From: an uncultured Gemmatimonadales bacterium
GTDB lineage: Bacteria; Gemmatimonadota; Gemmatimonadetes; Gemmatimonadales; GWC2-71-9
Length of the DNA: 64,000 nt
Reading direction: 5' to 3'
Assembly (NCBI GenBank): GCA_963828735.1
Contig: CAWHFW010000005.1
Coordinates: 2,624,001 to 2,688,000, forward strand
Part shown: positions 60,579 to 64,000 of the stretch, piece after piece
Position numbering within the stretch: the stretch's first letter is position 1
How the letters are laid out: each line of letters begins with the position of its first letter
The notes under the pieces: model-generated
The model's database searches: none
What the model saw: the letters and a program-made list of their open reading frames with translations, nothing else
Told to the model about the DNA's origin: nothing
Made by a program: the position numbers and the translations under genes

Positions 60579-60986
60579 TCAGAGTACCACGTACCGTCCG
60601 CCGCCCGTCGTCGCGATCACCAGGCACATCGCGACCAGCATCAGCTCGTAGTGCCAGCCGTCCGTGCCGTGCTTGCCCCAGAGGCCCGTGTGCCAGACGG
60701 CGATCTTCTTCTGGATCGCGCCCAGCATGATGAGGATGAGGCCGATGGCGGCCAGCTGGATCAGCACGCCGAGCGCTACCCCGAGCCCGCCTGCGATCTC
60801 CGCCAGGCCGAGGAACCGGGTGAACCCGGGTGACATGCCGATGCTCTTGCCGCGCGTGACCGGGTCCTTCGCGTGGCTCCAGCCGCTGGTGACGAAGATG
60901 GCGCCGACCAGGAGGCGCATGAGGAGGACGGCGACGTCGCTGTACGGCAGCAGCCAGGGCAGGGGCACGGGGAGGTGGACCGACAT
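60579..60986 (-). CDS. DoxX-family membrane protein
   Basis: LLMRLLVGAIF..G, AEIAGGL, GWHYEL; four hydrophobic segments. Confidence 0.85.
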   Translation of the reverse strand: MSVHLPVPLPWLLPYSDVAVLLMRLLVGAIFVTSGWSHAKDPVTRGKSIGMSPGFTRFLGLAEIAGGLGVALGVLIQLAAIGLILIMLGAIQKKIAVWHTGLWGKHGTDGWHYELMLVAMCLVIATTGGGRYVVL

Positions 60987-61095
60987 GGAGCCGCCCGAGT
61001 GAGGAGGAGTACAGCAACCTACAGTGCCGAGTCGACCTGAGAATGAGTCCGCTCAGGGCCGCCCTGTTCCTGGCGCGACGGAGCGGGCCTGGAGC

Positions 61096-61752
61096 TCACC
61101 CCGGAAAGAACCGCCGCTGCAGAAAGTCCAGCACCGACTGATCGAGCCCCGGCGGATCGAACTCGACCGCGATCTCGCGTCCCACCAGCCGCACCACGCG
61201 CCCGCGCACCTCGATCGAGGTCTCCGCGTCGAGCTGCAGCGCGCCCTCGATCCGGCTCCCGATCGCCGGCGCCGACTCGAAGCGGGTGAGCGCGTAGCGC
61301 AGGCCGCTCGCGCTGATGTCGCGGAGCGGCGTCTGCCGGCCCGACGCCCCCGCGACCGGCTCGGGAATCGGCAGCCGGGGATCCGCCCGCCGCTCGCGGT
61401 GCCGCTGCAGCAGCGCCGCGCGCTCCGCCTCGATGTGCGCCGCGTTGGGCCACCGGTCCCCGTCGGGGAAGAAGGCGAGGCCCGCACGATCGATCCGCCC
61501 GATCCACGCGTCCATTTCGATCCGCTCCCCCGTCCGCAGCACCACCGTCCCGCTCACCTGCTGCTCCAGGCTCCAGACACGCCCGCCTGGTGCCGGCTCG
61601 ACGCGGAGCCCGCCGAGGCAGAGGTCGCGCACAGCGCAGCGAAGGCCGTCGAGCTCGAGCAGGGCGGGGGCCGTGCGGCGATATTCGGCGCGCGGGAGGG
61701 CCCGTCGGTCGAGGTGGTGCTTCGCGCTCCAGCGGCCGGGCGGTGGCGTCAT
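61096..61752 (-). CDS. Tandem PilZ-domain protein (c-di-GMP effector candidate)
   Basis: Two RRxxxR plus DxSxxG-like pairs: DRRALPR..DLCLGG and ERRADPR..DISASG. Confidence 0.78.
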   Translation of the reverse strand: MTPPPGRWSAKHHLDRRALPRAEYRRTAPALLELDGLRCAVRDLCLGGLRVEPAPGGRVWSLEQQVSGTVVLRTGERIEMDAWIGRIDRAGLAFFPDGDRWPNAAHIEAERAALLQRHRERRADPRLPIPEPVAGASGRQTPLRDISASGLRYALTRFESAPAIGSRIEGALQLDAETSIEVRGRVVRLVGREIAVEFDPPGLDQSVLDFLQRRFFPG

Positions 61753-61892
61753 ACGATGGCGGTAAAGGTGCGGGCAGCAGACATGGATAAACCCTACGGC
61801 GACTCGACTCAATCTGGCGATGAAGGGCGCTTCGTGGCCAGCCGCCTGGCGCCCTCGAATGGTTCGGCTAGACCGTCCTCAGCTCCTCGGGC

Positions 61893-62097
61893 TCAGCGCG
61901 CGCCCTCCACCTCCGCCGCCCACACGTCGCTCTGCCGGTCCCCCACCGTGAACCAGAAGCGCCCGTGCCGCGCCGCGAACCCGAACCGGTGCCACCTCGG
62001 CGAGGTAGACCGCGCCCATTCCGCCGCGGCCGAGCTCCCGCTCGAGACGGTAGCGGTCGCGGAGGGCTTCTGGGAGCCGGGGCGGGAGTTCGGTCAC
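61893..62097 (-). pseudogene. Internally deleted Ser/Thr kinase-propeller gene remnant
   Basis: N-terminal VTELPPRLPEALRDRYRLERELGRGGMGAVYLAE joined out of frame to a propeller-like C-terminus WHRFGFAARHGRFWFTVGDRQSDVWAAEVEGAR-stop. Confidence 0.7.
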
Positions 62098-62198
62098 GAA
62101 GTTCCGGGCGGGTGGGCTCGAATATGGGTGGGGCGCGGGCGAGCCGCCAGCGCAGTGGGATGTCTTGACGAGCGTCGGTGAGGGCGAGTGAGGTGTCC

Positions 62199-62349
62199 GG
62201 CGTACCGACGTCGGGATAGCTCCCTTCGGGCGCTGCAGTAGCCGCCACGCATGCGTTGGGCTGCTACTAGAGGCTGAGGTAGTGGCGTCTACCGGGTACC
62301 CGCGAAGCGGGTGGACGCCCTGCGGGAGCCATCCCGACGCCGGCACGCC
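62199..62349 (-). other. Structured non-coding element (candidate ncRNA or REP/MITE-like element)
   Basis: 34-nt inverted arms 62199-62232 and 62316-62349 enclosing three hairpins. Confidence 0.55.
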
Positions 62350-62410
62350 TGAGCATCTCGGCAAATCCAGCCGCGGGAATGGCGACACAGTCGCCCTTGG
62401 GCCAGCAGAT

Positions 62411-62446
62411 GCGAACGGGGCATGCCTTGGCGCACGCCCCGTTCGT
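62411..62446 (-). terminator. Hairpin downstream of the FAD oxidoreductase
   Basis: GCGAACGGGGC..GCCCCGTTCGT stem, 28 nt beyond the stop codon. Confidence 0.55.
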
Positions 62447-62473
62447 TCATTTAGCGCTTACTGCCTCTACTGC

Positions 62474-63892
62474 TTACTGCTTCGGCGGGATGTTCTGGTT
62501 CATCCGGAACAGGTTTCCCGGATCGTAGCGCTTCTTGAGCTCGACCAGCCGCTCGTAGTTGGGGCCATAGGCGGACCGCACGCGATCCCCCTCTTCCTGG
62601 GTGAGGAAGTTCACGTACACGCCGCCCGTGCTGAACGGCGCGGCCGCCCGGAACAGATCGCGCGCCCAGCCGATGCAGGCCTCGTCCCGGCCGGGCTCCG
62701 TCCACCGCCCGTGCACGTTCATCGCGAACTGCGCCTCGCGGTGCCCGTAGGCCGTCGCGACCTGTGGCACCCGGGAGATCGCGCCGCCCAGCTGCGCGTA
62801 GGCGATCTCGGTGTTGGGATCCGGAATGCGCGCCGTGTGGTCCAGCAGCACGTCGATGAGCCCGTCGCTCAGCTCGCGGAAATCGTGCGACTTCCAGTAG
62901 TTCCGGAATCCCGGCGTGAGCAGCGGATCCAGCGCCGTCTGCCAGTCGGCGTACGGATTCGCCGCTACCACATCGGCCAGCGGCTTCCCGAACGTGCGAA
63001 GGGGTGCGGCCACGCGCTCGCCCTCGGCGAGGTCACCCGACCAGCACATCGCCAGCACGAGGATCGGCTTGCCGTGCCACTCGGGAGCGAGGAACGGCAG
63101 CGGCGGCGCCAGGCGCAGCACGAACCAGCACGAGAACGCCTCGGGCGTCGTCGGCAGGAAGTCGCGGTAGAAGCGGAGGACGTCGCGGGCCGCGCCGAGC
63201 GGGTGGACCACCAGCCCCGAGAGCACATGCGGCCCGACCGGATGGAGCTGGAACTCGAACGACGTGACGATGCCGAAGTTGCCGCCGCCGCCGCGAATGG
63301 CCCAGAACAGGTCGGGATTCTCGCTCGCGCTGGCGCGCACGATCTCGCCCTCGGCAGTCACGACCTCGGCCGAGAGCAGGTTGTCGATGGTGAGGCCCAG
63401 CCGCCGGCTGAGCCAGCCGAACCCGCCGCCGAGCGTGAGCCCGGCGATGCCGGTGGTCGAGTTGACGCCGAGCGGGGTAGCCAGGCCGTAGCTCTGGGTG
63501 CTGCGATCCACGTCGCCCAGCGTGCAGCCGGCGCCGACCCGGGCGGTGCGCGTCGCCTGGTCCACCCGGACCGACCGCATCGGTGAGAGGTCGATCATGA
63601 GGCCGCCGTCGCAGACGGCGTTGCCCGCGATGTTGTGTCCGCCGCCCCGGACCGCGACGAGCAAGTCGTGCGCGCGGGCGAACCGCACCGCCCGGGCGAC
63701 GTCCTTCGCGTCGGCGCACTGCACGATGAGACCGGGGCGGCGATCGATCATCGCGTTCCAGATCGTGCGCGCTTCATCGTAGCCTGGGGAGTCGGGGGTC
63801 AGAAGTGTCCCGCTGAAGTTGGCGAGGTGCTCACCGCCCTCAGCGTCGAGCAGGGCCGGCGAGCCGCCGGAAGTGCGAAGCGTGACCATCAT
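62474..63892 (-). CDS. FAD-binding oxidoreductase (VAO/BBE family)
   Basis: RGGGHN covalent-FAD motif, GLTLGGG, FWAIRGGGGNFG, YVNF, KKRYDPGNLF; GGAGG RBS. Confidence 0.92.
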   Translation of the reverse strand: MMVTLRTSGGSPALLDAEGGEHLANFSGTLLTPDSPGYDEARTIWNAMIDRRPGLIVQCADAKDVARAVRFARAHDLLVAVRGGGHNIAGNAVCDGGLMIDLSPMRSVRVDQATRTARVGAGCTLGDVDRSTQSYGLATPLGVNSTTGIAGLTLGGGFGWLSRRLGLTIDNLLSAEVVTAEGEIVRASASENPDLFWAIRGGGGNFGIVTSFEFQLHPVGPHVLSGLVVHPLGAARDVLRFYRDFLPTTPEAFSCWFVLRLAPPLPFLAPEWHGKPILVLAMCWSGDLAEGERVAAPLRTFGKPLADVVAANPYADWQTALDPLLTPGFRNYWKSHDFRELSDGLIDVLLDHTARIPDPNTEIAYAQLGGAISRVPQVATAYGHREAQFAMNVHGRWTEPGRDEACIGWARDLFRAAAPFSTGGVYVNFLTQEEGDRVRSAYGPNYERLVELKKRYDPGNLFRMNQNIPPKQ

Positions 63893-64000
63893 GGAAGACG
63901 ACCTCCAGGAGATGATCGGGGTGCGGTCGGGGTCCACCAGAGCCACGAGTGGTCCTCGAGTCGGCCCCGGCAGGAACACGCCGTGTTGTCTGGTTAACTG

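Noticed and set aside
62199..62349. Retron msr-msd, tRNA, SRP RNA or hammerhead ribozyme
   Set aside because: No reverse transcriptase in the window, no cloverleaf or T-loop, no SRP motif and no CUGANGA core.
62459..62480. Three TACTGC units around the oxidoreductase stop codon
   Set aside because: Too short and irregular to interpret; may be chance or local duplication.

Overview
High-GC bacterial DNA. The SusC/SusD pair, many Ser/Thr kinase-TPR and kinase-propeller genes and many lipoproteins suggest Gemmatimonadota (inference from gene content only). There are about 49 CDSs or remnants; I recognised no rRNA, tRNA, CRISPR array or transposase. The main feature is a 23-kb locus (15.4-38.3 kb). 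It joins a SusC/SusD importer and a GntR regulator with five beta-lactamase-fold serine hydrolases (one fused to a VanX-type D-Ala-D-Ala dipeptidase), two lipoprotein D-aminoacylase homologues, and an NSAR/OSBS-permease-GNAT-M20 operon that looks like a D-to-L amino-acid inversion pathway. Tandem TTGTATACAA-like boxes with 12-bp spacing occur at three sites in the locus, suggesting one regulon for scavenging D-amino-acid-containing peptides, a peptide analogue of a PUL. Other notable items are a multicopper oxidase with permuted ligand order, a mycobacterial Sdh1-like succinate dehydrogenase operon, two paralogous lipoproteins sharing an ECF-like promoter, an internally deleted kinase remnant and a 151-nt structured non-coding element. 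Most frameshifts look like artefacts of a consensus built from two strains rather than real pseudogenes.
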